Below, piece after piece: positions 18,278-27,339 of a stretch of DNA of 35,545 nt. Below the pieces are notes generated by a model. It was given only the letters and a program-made list of their open reading frames with translations. It was not told where the DNA came from and searched no databases. The DNA comes from a virus (lineage: Duplodnaviria; Caudoviricetes). The translations under genes and the position numbers were made by a program. Positions within the stretch are counted from its first letter, which is position 1; each line of letters starts with the position of its first letter. The stretch lies in IMG/VR virus record IMGVR_UViG_3300017716_002757, positions 1-35,545 of that record. One strand, given 5' to 3'.

Positions 18278-18612
18278 GATGATATTTTTCTATAAATATG
18301 GTATAGTGCCAGTGATGATGCAAATACAATGGTAAAATCCCATTCATTTTCCAAAAAATACCATCCTAGCACCAAAGATAACCATGTTGTAAAGCATATT
18401 GGACATGTTATCAATCGTGTAAAAAAGTTATTGTGTTTCTGTAATAGATATGAATGATATGTTAATTCAAAGTTATTTTGCTTCGCAACACGATAGTCTT
18501 TGACTTTGAACAAATTGAAACCAAATAGACGAACATATTCAACGAATGCTTCGGTTTCAAACCAAACTATATTTAGGAATAATATAAAGAAAATTACTTG
18601 TTGCATAAACAT
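18271..18612 (-). CDS. Small membrane protein with CxxC (DUF1360-like)
   Basis: Hydrophobic segments flanking LITCPICFTTWLSL. Confidence 0.6.
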   Translation of the reverse strand: MFMQQVIFFILFLNIVWFETEAFVEYVRLFGFNLFKVKDYRVAKQNNFELTYHSYLLQKHNNFFTRLITCPICFTTWLSLVLGWYFLENEWDFTIVFASSLALYHIYRKISSW

Positions 18613-18709
18613 ATATATGGTAGACTTTTATTGAATAGTAAATAAAAATATTATGTGTATTATCATGGTCGTGTGTATTTTTTGACAACATTATAATTTA
18701 GTCATATTT

Positions 18710-19513
18710 ATGAATAAAAAAAACAAACTTGCAGTTTTATATATACATCATTGTAAGAATGATGTTACTCTTTATAATTATGATCGTTTAAAGAGATTTA
18801 ATCCTGATGTGGATATTTATCCGGTCGGATTTGAATGGCACGATTTAATTGAAGGATCTCATGTAGTACGTCGTCACGATGAATTGCCAAATAATTATGT
18901 TCTAAATAAGATGGTTAATAACAGTACATCGTCGGAATCAGATTTGTGTATATATGATTTTTTCTTGCACCACCAAGATTATGATTCATATTTTGTCATT
19001 GAATGGGATACATATTGTAATGCTTCGATTCATGAAGTTTATGCCGATGCTTTTGAAAAATATGATACATTTTCAGCGTATACATTTACAAATGAATTTT
19101 ATGGACCTGGTACAGGAATTTTAATGGATATTACTGGTTTGAATATAGATAATAGTCATGAAAGGTATGTGAGAAGATGGAGTTGGTATAGATATTTCTT
19201 TTCAAAATTAAATGAACCAACCGAACAGAATGTACTGTTGCCCTATTTAGGGGGGACATACCCAACATCTCTATTATACTATAAAAACAATGTTTTACAA
19301 GATCTTATGAAATTAATTTTAATAAATCCCCGACTATATGATAACATTCAAAATGAAATGAGACTTGGAACTGTATTACAACAAGCTGGATATAAATTAA
19401 ATGAATATGGTGGAAACACAAATCAATTCAGTGAACAAAAAAATTATCGAATTGATATTGAGAATTATATAAAAGGATATTATCATCCTATAAAAGATAT
19501 TATTTACAAATAA
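18710..19513 (+). CDS. Putative glycosyltransferase-like protein
   Basis: YDSYFVIEWDTY (ExD after a hydrophobic strand), NEMRLGT and terminal YHPIK; adjacent to the glycan island. Function tentative. Confidence 0.5.
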   Translation: MNKKNKLAVLYIHHCKNDVTLYNYDRLKRFNPDVDIYPVGFEWHDLIEGSHVVRRHDELPNNYVLNKMVNNSTSSESDLCIYDFFLHHQDYDSYFVIEWDTYCNASIHEVYADAFEKYDTFSAYTFTNEFYGPGTGILMDITGLNIDNSHERYVRRWSWYRYFFSKLNEPTEQNVLLPYLGGTYPTSLLYYKNNVLQDLMKLILINPRLYDNIQNEMRLGTVLQQAGYKLNEYGGNTNQFSEQKNYRIDIENYIKGYYHPIKDIIYK

Positions 19514-20699
19514 TTAGATTTTTTTGGTATGTGTTTAATGAATTCACTTTAAATTTAAATATATCAAATTCCATATCACCCAATTCTCCTGATTCGGTTA
19601 AAACTTCGCTTAATTGTGATGTTAGAAAATTAAATCTTTCTTGATTTATATCTCTACCATTGAATTCAATTAGTACATCGTTTATTTTATTTTCGGTTAA
19701 ATTTTTAATCTTATCTTTTAAATTATACATTGTATTTGATTGGGTTTGATTAATATAATTTGTACAATTGCAATCCACATAAATATTAGAACACCATGGT
19801 TCTAAATATGATAATAATTGTTCCGAGCAATTGTGAACAACAAATCCAATGTCATATTTATTTTTTATGATAGGATTTAAGTATTCGTCATGAAGTACTG
19901 CACTTCCCCATTTTCTAATAAACTCTAATGTAGATTCATGCATTAATTTTTGCCAATCTTTAGATTTTTGCGAATGGTCTTTTGTTAAAATACCGTGTTC
20001 AAATTGTCCCCCTCTACATGTAAGATGGTAAACATAAGATGTCCAAGACTGTATTAGTTCATATCCATTTAATAACATTCTATTAAACACATCACTATCT
20101 TCTCTAGCAGAACGCATGATTGGGTCATGCATTCCAATCGCAACAAAGTCTTTTTTATACATCATCCACGGTGCAAAACATCCATGGGTAATTTTATCTT
20201 TATATTTATTTTTACAATCTGCTACAAACAAGTCAAATTTGATTTCTTCAAAACCATCTTCTATATTGATTTCCGGCCAATTTCCAAAATTTTTAACAAT
20301 CTTCTCTGGACCATCAGGATGTAAAGGTGGTTCAATTCTTGTAGAACATACAACTTTTTTTTCTTTTAAATGATTAAATAAATGTAAATCCGCGTCTTTA
20401 CCCAACATCATATCCGCATGAAATATCATGAATATGTCTGTCTCTGAATTATTAATACAAAAATCGTATGACATTCCTATACCAAATAATTTTTTATTTA
20501 AATTTGGATTTACAAAATATTTGACATTATATTCGTCTTTTATTGATTCCAACCAATCAACTGTTCCATCTGTATCTTTATCAACAAATATAATTATGTC
20601 GTGATCTTTTCTATAAGAATTTTTTCTTATAGAAGGAATACAGGCTTTTAGATATCTTAGATTGTTTTTACTTGGTATACAAAACGTGATTTTTTCCAT
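19500..20699 (-). CDS. GT2-family glycosyltransferase (start refined to 20699)
   Basis: ITFCIPSKNN, D..TDGT.DWL, FHADM, REDSD, VYH; extra C-terminal domain. Confidence 0.88.
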   Translation of the reverse strand: MEKITFCIPSKNNLRYLKACIPSIRKNSYRKDHDIIIFVDKDTDGTVDWLESIKDEYNVKYFVNPNLNKKLFGIGMSYDFCINNSETDIFMIFHADMMLGKDADLHLFNHLKEKKVVCSTRIEPPLHPDGPEKIVKNFGNWPEINIEDGFEEIKFDLFVADCKNKYKDKITHGCFAPWMMYKKDFVAIGMHDPIMRSAREDSDVFNRMLLNGYELIQSWTSYVYHLTCRGGQFEHGILTKDHSQKSKDWQKLMHESTLEFIRKWGSAVLHDEYLNPIIKNKYDIGFVVHNCSEQLLSYLEPWCSNIYVDCNCTNYINQTQSNTMYNLKDKIKNLTENKINDVLIEFNGRDINQERFNFLTSQLSEVLTESGELGDMEFDIFKFKVNSLNTYQKNLIICK

Positions 20700-20704
20700 A
20701 TAAA

Positions 20705-21559
20705 CTATTTTGGTAAACACATAAAATTACATAATTCGCCGACCGAAACATCTTGAACCGAATTGATTTTCTTTCTATTAGAAACAAGACCCAATCCCGA
20801 GTTATTTTTTGTTATGTCATATATATCATATGAATAACTATTAATAGTATTCAATAAATCTTCTATTTCATGTTTTACTAATCCCGAATACATTTCAGTA
20901 ATCAGAATTGGTTTTGTTTTATTAATTATTTCGCTTAAAGTTTTAAGTATTTCTTTATCGTAACCTTCAGCATCTGTTTTAATTAATGATATATTATTTA
21001 TATCACCCGAATGGTATTTGTTCATGAAATCATTTACATTTACTCCATATACATCCATAGGAACAACATGACCAGTAACTCCTATTCCGTTATGACACTC
21101 AGTTGCAAACCCCCCATTACAAAATCCGTCATCGGAATAATGAAATTCAAGCGGACCTTCTTCTTTTGAACACGCAATATTATATGGTATGATATTTTTA
21201 TGTAAAGTAGAGTTTAATTCTAACACTTCATAAACCGCAGGATTTGGTTCAAATGATATTACTTTACCAGCAGATTGTGCATATAATACCGACATTAAAC
21301 CTGCTTGCGCACCTATGTCCAAAACAACACTGTTATTTTTAATATTTTGTTTGACAAAATCTAATATTATATCGGTAAAAATTTCTTCATATTCCCATGT
21401 TCCCTGAAAAGGATGATTCCATTTATAATAATCTATTGAATGTTTTCTTGAGGGCGTTTTATAATTTATCAAATTAGAATTATAATGTACTTTATTATGT
21501 TTTAATACATTTATAAATTCGTCTCTATATTCTTTTGTCGGATCAAAAAATTGATTCAT
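20705..21559 (-). CDS. FkbM-family SAM-dependent methyltransferase
   Basis: VLDIGAQAG, VISFEPNP, LIKTDAEGYD, PILITE. Confidence 0.9.
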   Translation of the reverse strand: MNQFFDPTKEYRDEFINVLKHNKVHYNSNLINYKTPSRKHSIDYYKWNHPFQGTWEYEEIFTDIILDFVKQNIKNNSVVLDIGAQAGLMSVLYAQSAGKVISFEPNPAVYEVLELNSTLHKNIIPYNIACSKEEGPLEFHYSDDGFCNGGFATECHNGIGVTGHVVPMDVYGVNVNDFMNKYHSGDINNISLIKTDAEGYDKEILKTLSEIINKTKPILITEMYSGLVKHEIEDLLNTINSYSYDIYDITKNNSGLGLVSNRKKINSVQDVSVGELCNFMCLPK

Positions 21560-22473
21560 ATTATATTATTTTTTTTGGAAGTTTCGTACCAAACTTGTAT
21601 ATATTTTTCCATTTTAGATTCAAATTCTATTCTTTGATTTGGAATATTATTTAATGATATATATTTTTTATATACGGATGGATTTTTTTTATTTTGAAAT
21701 ATTCCAATATCTTTATCAAATACCACTTGATTTCTAAGTATATATTGATTTATATTTAAATTAAAATTTCTTTTTGCAATATTACATACGTTTGTGGAAA
21801 AAGAATCCCATGGACCATATCCATGCCAATCTTCTTGACACGGAACTAATTTTTCATAGAAATTTTTATTAAATAAATCAAACCAACCAGCAAATTTAAA
21901 GGTATTCAATTTCTCCAAATAAGGTTCTTCGTTAATATTTTCCGATTTATATATAATTTCATTTATATTTTGTCTATCCCAATTACTATAATTATCGTTT
22001 TGAAAAACTCTATTGGTACATATATCCCATGTAGAATCCCATAATTTGGGGGTTTCTAAAGTAATTAAGAAATAATCATCATTTATTTGTTTTGCGCTTT
22101 CAATTAAATAACAAAGACTGTGTTGATGAAAAAATATATCCGAACATATTGATATATAATAGTCAATATTAGGTTCTATTAATTCTCTTTGAAAATCTAG
22201 ATGTCCATACAATTGATCATTATCATATATATTAGTTTTATGAGTATATTCATTTAAGTGATTACTAATATATTTGTACTTATCTATGAAAAATTGTTTT
22301 GGAATTTGAGACTGATTCCAATTGACTATATAACTTGACAAATTTAAACACGTTTCTATGCAGACAGTATCCTCCGGGTTCAGATATCGTTTGGCCAACT
22401 CAATTTTATTAAATGTTTTTGCCGCGTCATCTAATTCCCATGGCATTAAATGTGTAAATATTTTAATATTCAT
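21556..22473 (-). CDS. Putative GT-A fold glycosyltransferase
   Basis: DYYISICSDIFF (degenerate DxD), GWFDLF, WHGYGPWD resembling the GT2 G(W/Y)GxED motif; island context. Confidence 0.5.
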   Translation of the reverse strand: MNIKIFTHLMPWELDDAAKTFNKIELAKRYLNPEDTVCIETCLNLSSYIVNWNQSQIPKQFFIDKYKYISNHLNEYTHKTNIYDNDQLYGHLDFQRELIEPNIDYYISICSDIFFHQHSLCYLIESAKQINDDYFLITLETPKLWDSTWDICTNRVFQNDNYSNWDRQNINEIIYKSENINEEPYLEKLNTFKFAGWFDLFNKNFYEKLVPCQEDWHGYGPWDSFSTNVCNIAKRNFNLNINQYILRNQVVFDKDIGIFQNKKNPSVYKKYISLNNIPNQRIEFESKMEKYIQVWYETSKKNNII

Positions 22474-23300
22474 TTTAAAAAATAATTGTAACAGTAATTA
22501 ATTCCGTTGTCAATTCCTTTGAATGATATATTTAATTTTTCAAGTTTATTAGAATCGCCGGTATAACTTAATGTCAAACCGTCCTCTTTTATGATAATTT
22601 CCGATTTATGTTCATTTAAATTATTTATTTTGTTTAATATATCACTTAATTTATATTTTTCTTTGTAAGATACATTGATATCGTTAGGCAAATCCATTGG
22701 TATATATAAATAATATTCTAAAATTTTGATAAAGTCTTTTAAATAAAAAAAATCTAGATATCTATCTTGATGTATTACCATTGATTGTTTATTTATGTAT
22801 TTTCTTATATTGTTACTTATAAATCTAGTATCCAATTCATTGGGATAAAAACAATTAAACAGTCTGAGATTAATGCCTCTTTGAAATTGATTATGTAATT
22901 TTGATATTATATTTTTTGATAGTCCATAATAATCGACGGGAACATTCTTATAAAGTTCTTCTTCTTTATATACATTAATATTGTTTTGTCTATCAAATTC
23001 CGCTCCTGATGCAATATTAATAAAAATCTTATATCTATCTTTAAATTTCATTAAATTTTCATACATTAATATATTTTTATAAAATACATCATAATCATCT
23101 TTTTCTAATCGACGTCCTCCTTCTATAGCACAATGAATTATAGCATCAATTTTATTTTTAAAAAGAAATGCGTCTATATCGGACACAGAAAATAAATTAA
23201 AATTGGATTTAGTTACACCAAAAAAGTTAAAACTGTTATTTGAAATTTTAACTATATTTGATCCCAAGAATCCGTTTGCTCCTGTAACTAACACATTCAT
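22470..23300 (-). CDS. NAD(P)-dependent NDP-sugar epimerase/reductase (extended SDR)
   Basis: [30 protein letters not shown]. Confidence 0.9.
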   Translation of the reverse strand: MNVLVTGANGFLGSNIVKISNNSFNFFGVTKSNFNLFSVSDIDAFLFKNKIDAIIHCAIEGGRRLEKDDYDVFYKNILMYENLMKFKDRYKIFINIASGAEFDRQNNINVYKEEELYKNVPVDYYGLSKNIISKLHNQFQRGINLRLFNCFYPNELDTRFISNNIRKYINKQSMVIHQDRYLDFFYLKDFIKILEYYLYIPMDLPNDINVSYKEKYKLSDILNKINNLNEHKSEIIIKEDGLTLSYTGDSNKLEKLNISFKGIDNGINYCYNYFLK

Positions 23301-23302
23301 GA

Positions 23303-23839
23303 TTATTTAGATTTTAAGTAGTCTGCAAACTCAACTAATATAGTACTTTTACCATCTATTCTATTTAATGCTTTTTCATATGCAGGAAAAATGTCTTCCG
23401 GTTCATTTAATTCTATAATATCAATTGTTTTACACATTAATCTGAATGCTTCTGAAAAATTACCTTTGTGTTGACATTGTGGATCTACTGGATATTCACT
23501 TCCTACGGACACTCTTATTATTAATTTAGGAGCACATTTACCGTCTGACATGATTGTAAGTTTATCTAAATGATTTACGATTTGATCGGTCGCCATTAAT
23601 AAAAAATTCCATCTAGGAAACATTGTAACTACGGTAAATCCTTCCAATCCCATACCAATACTTGCACCCATTTGCAAATATTCTGCAACTGGCCATTCAA
23701 TTTTCTTTTCGTCAGGAACATTTAATAATGTATCATATAATCCTGTGCCACCATATTTAATTGATTGACCAACGAATATAGTTTTAGTGTCGGATGAAAG
23801 TAAATCCATTGATTTTATTATTTGATTTAAATATTTCAT
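23303..23839 (-). CDS. Minimal 2-oxoacid dehydrogenase E1 beta / transketolase pyrimidine-binding subunit
   Basis: FVGQ, EWPVAE..QMG.SIG, DQIVNH, PQCQH; only 178 aa, lacking the C-terminal domain. Confidence 0.85.
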   Translation of the reverse strand: MKYLNQIIKSMDLLSSDTKTIFVGQSIKYGGTGLYDTLLNVPDEKKIEWPVAEYLQMGASIGMGLEGFTVVTMFPRWNFLLMATDQIVNHLDKLTIMSDGKCAPKLIIRVSVGSEYPVDPQCQHKGNFSEAFRLMCKTIDIIELNEPEDIFPAYEKALNRIDGKSTILVEFADYLKSK

Positions 23840-23842
23840 AAC

Positions 23843-24478
23843 TTAAAATTGAACTCTTACTCCTGCACCAGCATGTGGATATTTATTGTTTTGATATCTA
23901 TAATATATTATTTTGTCGTGATGATATAATTCATTATCATTTAATTTATCTTTATCAATGTAATATGGAAGTTTTCTTCCCCAAACTTCTTGTGTAGGTG
24001 TTAATACCGATTTGAAATTGTCTTCTATAATCCATGTAATTGGTAAATCAAAGTTTAAACTATATTTATATGATTCATGAAATGTTCCTGTTTCGGCGGA
24101 CATATCACCCAGAAAACACCAAACTTTTGATTTAGAGTTTTTTAATTTGATGGCCAATGATGTTCCCATAGCAATTGGAGTGACTCCCCCAACAATTGAA
24201 CTACAGAAAAACTTATATTCCGGTAAATTCATAATCATAGATTTACCGTTTAATATTTTGTTTTTTAAATATTCTTGAGGTACTCCTTTACATAGTGCTT
24301 GATAGTGATTTCTCCATGTACAAAATACCCAATCATTTTCAATGTCTATTTTTTTAAAAATATCAAGCATTGTATCTTCATTTCCATTATATAAATGTAT
24401 TGGAGATCTAATTTGACTTTGATTAAACAAATTTCCAATTTCTTCTTCAAATTTAATTAACGATTCTTTTGTTATCAT
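23843..24478 (-). CDS. Minimal 2-oxoacid dehydrogenase E1 alpha-like ThDP-binding subunit
   Basis: PIHL..GNE, TWRNH, SIVGG, ThDP motif GDMSAETG...IIEDN; 211 aa. Confidence 0.88.
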   Translation of the reverse strand: MITKESLIKFEEEIGNLFNQSQIRSPIHLYNGNEDTMLDIFKKIDIENDWVFCTWRNHYQALCKGVPQEYLKNKILNGKSMIMNLPEYKFFCSSIVGGVTPIAMGTSLAIKLKNSKSKVWCFLGDMSAETGTFHESYKYSLNFDLPITWIIEDNFKSVLTPTQEVWGRKLPYYIDKDKLNDNELYHHDKIIYYRYQNNKYPHAGAGVRVQF

Positions 24479-24481
24479 AAT

Positions 24482-25447
24482 TTACCACATGAAATTTTTC
24501 TTATAATACTCAATTATTTCTCCGATAGCAACATCAAATTTAATTTTTGGTGTCCATCCAAGATTTCTTAATTTGTCATCATTTAAAGCATATCTAACAT
24601 CTTGTCCCGGTCTTGAAATGGTAAGATCCAAATATTTTTCTTTATAATCTTCAGATAAATATCCTGTGTAATTTTTAATTATTGTTTTTACGGTGTCAAT
24701 ATTAGATTGTTCAAATCCGCCTGCTATATTAAAAATTTCATTTTTTATTCCCGATTCTATAATTGTTATTACTCCTCTTGATGTGTCATCTGCATGAAGC
24801 CAATTTCTAAATGGAGTTCCATTGTTATGAAGTGGAATTTTTCTTCCCAAAGATAGAAATTTACACGATTTAGGAATTAATTTTTCAACATATTGTCCAA
24901 TACCATAATTATTTGTTGGTCTAAAAATTATATATGGAATTTCATAAGTTCTAGCCCACGCCAAAATTAATTGATCGGCAGCTGCTTTAGTTGCTGAATA
25001 TGGATTACTCGGTTTTAAAATATCCGTTTCTATATGATCATGTTCCGCAATATCCCCATAAACCTCGTCGGTACTGAAATGAAAAAATACAGGCGAAAGT
25101 TGTCCTTCTTTTTTATATATTTTTAATAGTTCAAGTATGTTGTATACCCCATTGATATTGGAATGTAAAAAATCTTCGCTTTTACGTATCGAATTATCAA
25201 CGTGCGTCTCAGCCGCAGAATTTATAAAATAATCACAATCAATTAATCTATCGATGTCACATATATCTTTTTGTTCAAAACTAAAATTTTTATAAGAATT
25301 AAATTCGTTTAGTAAAGATGTGTTTGCTGCATATGTTATTTTGTCAATTCCCTTTACATACCATCCCTTTTCCAAACATCTTCTAGTAACATATGATCCT
25401 ATGAAACCTAAACAACCAGTAATGTAAACTATTTTTTGATTATCCAT
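24482..25447 (-). CDS. rmlB: dTDP-glucose 4,6-dehydratase-like protein (start refined to 25447)
   Basis: ITGCLGFIGS, DKITYAAN, AAETHVDNSI, STDEVYGD, PSNPYSATKAA, NNYG..Q..EKLIP, RPGQDVRY. Confidence 0.9.
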   Translation of the reverse strand: MDNQKIVYITGCLGFIGSYVTRRCLEKGWYVKGIDKITYAANTSLLNEFNSYKNFSFEQKDICDIDRLIDCDYFINSAAETHVDNSIRKSEDFLHSNINGVYNILELLKIYKKEGQLSPVFFHFSTDEVYGDIAEHDHIETDILKPSNPYSATKAAADQLILAWARTYEIPYIIFRPTNNYGIGQYVEKLIPKSCKFLSLGRKIPLHNNGTPFRNWLHADDTSRGVITIIESGIKNEIFNIAGGFEQSNIDTVKTIIKNYTGYLSEDYKEKYLDLTISRPGQDVRYALNDDKLRNLGWTPKIKFDVAIGEIIEYYKKNFMW

Positions 25448-25480
25448 AATTATAACTATTGTTTTATACAATCAAAAAAT

Positions 25481-26488
25481 TTATTTATTTGATTGATTCA
25501 TCGACTCCGCGATTTGAAATATTAGATCTTCTTGACCAGCAATTAATTTTCTATTTCCCAATTCAAAAATCAGCGAACTATATTCAATGCCATTTAATTT
25601 TGACGCTTTAATAATTGGTTTTTCAAATCCTGAGAACAATTTGTTTAATCCCGTGAGTATATTTATAGGAGCAGATACAGGTACACTTTTAATTAAATAT
25701 TCCATTACAGTGTCGGCTTCCGTGATTAATTTATTAAAATTGATTGTAGTAGAATAACCATATTTATATAAAACTGGGACTAATATTTCTAACTGGGTAT
25801 TTCCCGCTCCTGCTCCAAATCCTCTGATACAAGCATCTATGATTGACGCGCCTTGTTGTATTGCTACAATAGAGTTTATAATAGACATATTTAAATTGTT
25901 ATGTCCATGAAATCCAACTTTTATCTTAAGATTTTCTGTTAATGCTTTTATTCGTTCCTCAACATCAAATGGTAAATATGTGCCAGTAGAATCCATAATT
26001 ATTATCGCATCTGCCCCATAATTTTCCATTTTTTTAGATTCTTCGACTAATACAGTTGTACTACATAAAGATGACATCATTAAAACTCCATAAACAATTT
26101 TGTTATGGTTTTTGAGATATTCTATATGAGTTTTAGTTACGTTTGCTTCCGTACAATGAGATGCTACCCTAAATATATCTACGCCTAAATCAATTGCGGG
26201 AATTATATTTCTTTTTAATGTGGAGATACCAGGTATGCTGTGAACGCATAATTTTGTTTTTGTCAAATTTTTTCTTGCAGTAGATATTATTTCTTCGTCT
26301 GTGTGATTAGACATTCCAATTAATAAGGAAGAAGCACCCAATCCATTTCCATGCCCGACTTCTATTATTGGCACGTTAGCAGACTCTGCAAATTTACAAT
26401 ATTTTTCTATTTGAGTTAAAGAAATTTTATGAGAAACTGAATGATTTCCATCTCTCAATGTATGATCGCTTATAATAATTTCTTTCAT
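25481..26488 (-). CDS. dmpG: 4-hydroxy-2-oxovalerate aldolase
   Basis: DHTLRDGNH, IEVGHGNGLGASS, RVASHCTEA, MDSTG, GFHGHNNL, GFGAGAGN, GQEDLI. Confidence 0.93.
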   Translation of the reverse strand: MKEIIISDHTLRDGNHSVSHKISLTQIEKYCKFAESANVPIIEVGHGNGLGASSLLIGMSNHTDEEIISTARKNLTKTKLCVHSIPGISTLKRNIIPAIDLGVDIFRVASHCTEANVTKTHIEYLKNHNKIVYGVLMMSSLCSTTVLVEESKKMENYGADAIIIMDSTGTYLPFDVEERIKALTENLKIKVGFHGHNNLNMSIINSIVAIQQGASIIDACIRGFGAGAGNTQLEILVPVLYKYGYSTTINFNKLITEADTVMEYLIKSVPVSAPINILTGLNKLFSGFEKPIIKASKLNGIEYSSLIFELGNRKLIAGQEDLIFQIAESMNQSNK

Positions 26489-27339
26489 ATTAATCTCTCA
26501 ATAATTTTTAATGCTGCACAATTTATAATGTCTAAATTTCCAGCATAAGATGGTAAGTAATCTCCAGTTCCTTTGACTTTAATGCTCACAATTAGTATAT
26601 TACTATCATTTATATTTGGTAAACTTGTCAACTCATAATTAGGCACATAAGTATTAATTTCTTTTATTTTATTATCTAATTGACTTAATAAATCTCTTAA
26701 ATTTACATCTTTATGTTTTAGAAACATAGTTGTTTGCATGTCGACACATGGCTCCGCTGGATTTAAATTTAAAATCACTTTACAAGAATTAACTCCGGTA
26801 AATTTCTTAATGGCATCTTCAGTGGTATGAATATATTCATCGATATTAATTCTTGTAGCTAACCCCGCACTTTTAGAAGATATTTGAGATATAACTTCAA
26901 TGTATTCCAGACCATCACAATATTTTGAAATCAAATGCAAAATAGGAATTGACGATTGACCACCGCACGTAATCATATTTATATTATTATTTGTAATAAT
27001 TAATTCGTCATTTATTAATGGAACGCACAATTCTCCTAATTTTGCAGGAGTTAAATCTATTACTTTTATACCTTGTTCTTTAAATACCTCATTATTTATT
27101 TTTGCAGAAAAGGCGTCGGTACAATCAAATACAACATCGCAACAATTTTTGTTATTTTTAAAAAAATTTATTCCATCTATAGAAGTATTTATTCCTAACC
27201 TTTTTGATATATCAATGCCATTTGATTCTTTACGTCTTCCTACAAATACAACAGGTTCAACGATATGTGATTTATTACATTTAATTAATAAATCGGTGCC
27301 TATATTACCTGTTCCTATTATGCCTACTTTTATTTTCAT
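26485..27339 (-). CDS. dmpF: Acetaldehyde dehydrogenase (acetylating)
   Basis: GIIGTGNIGTDL, IDLTPA, NINMITCGGQ (catalytic Cys), SKSAGLATRINIDEY, GDYLPSYAGNLDII. Confidence 0.93.
   Translation of the reverse strand: MKIKVGIIGTGNIGTDLLIKCNKSHIVEPVVFVGRRKESNGIDISKRLGINTSIDGINFFKNNKNCCDVVFDCTDAFSAKINNEVFKEQGIKVIDLTPAKLGELCVPLINDELIITNNNINMITCGGQSSIPILHLISKYCDGLEYIEVISQISSKSAGLATRINIDEYIHTTEDAIKKFTGVNSCKVILNLNPAEPCVDMQTTMFLKHKDVNLRDLLSQLDNKIKEINTYVPNYELTSLPNINDSNILIVSIKVKGTGDYLPSYAGNLDIINCAALKIIERLI

Noticed and set aside
25481-27339. dmpFG as an aromatic-degradation auxiliary module
   Set aside because: No other meta-cleavage genes are in the window, and the genes are tightly packed among nucleotide-sugar enzymes.
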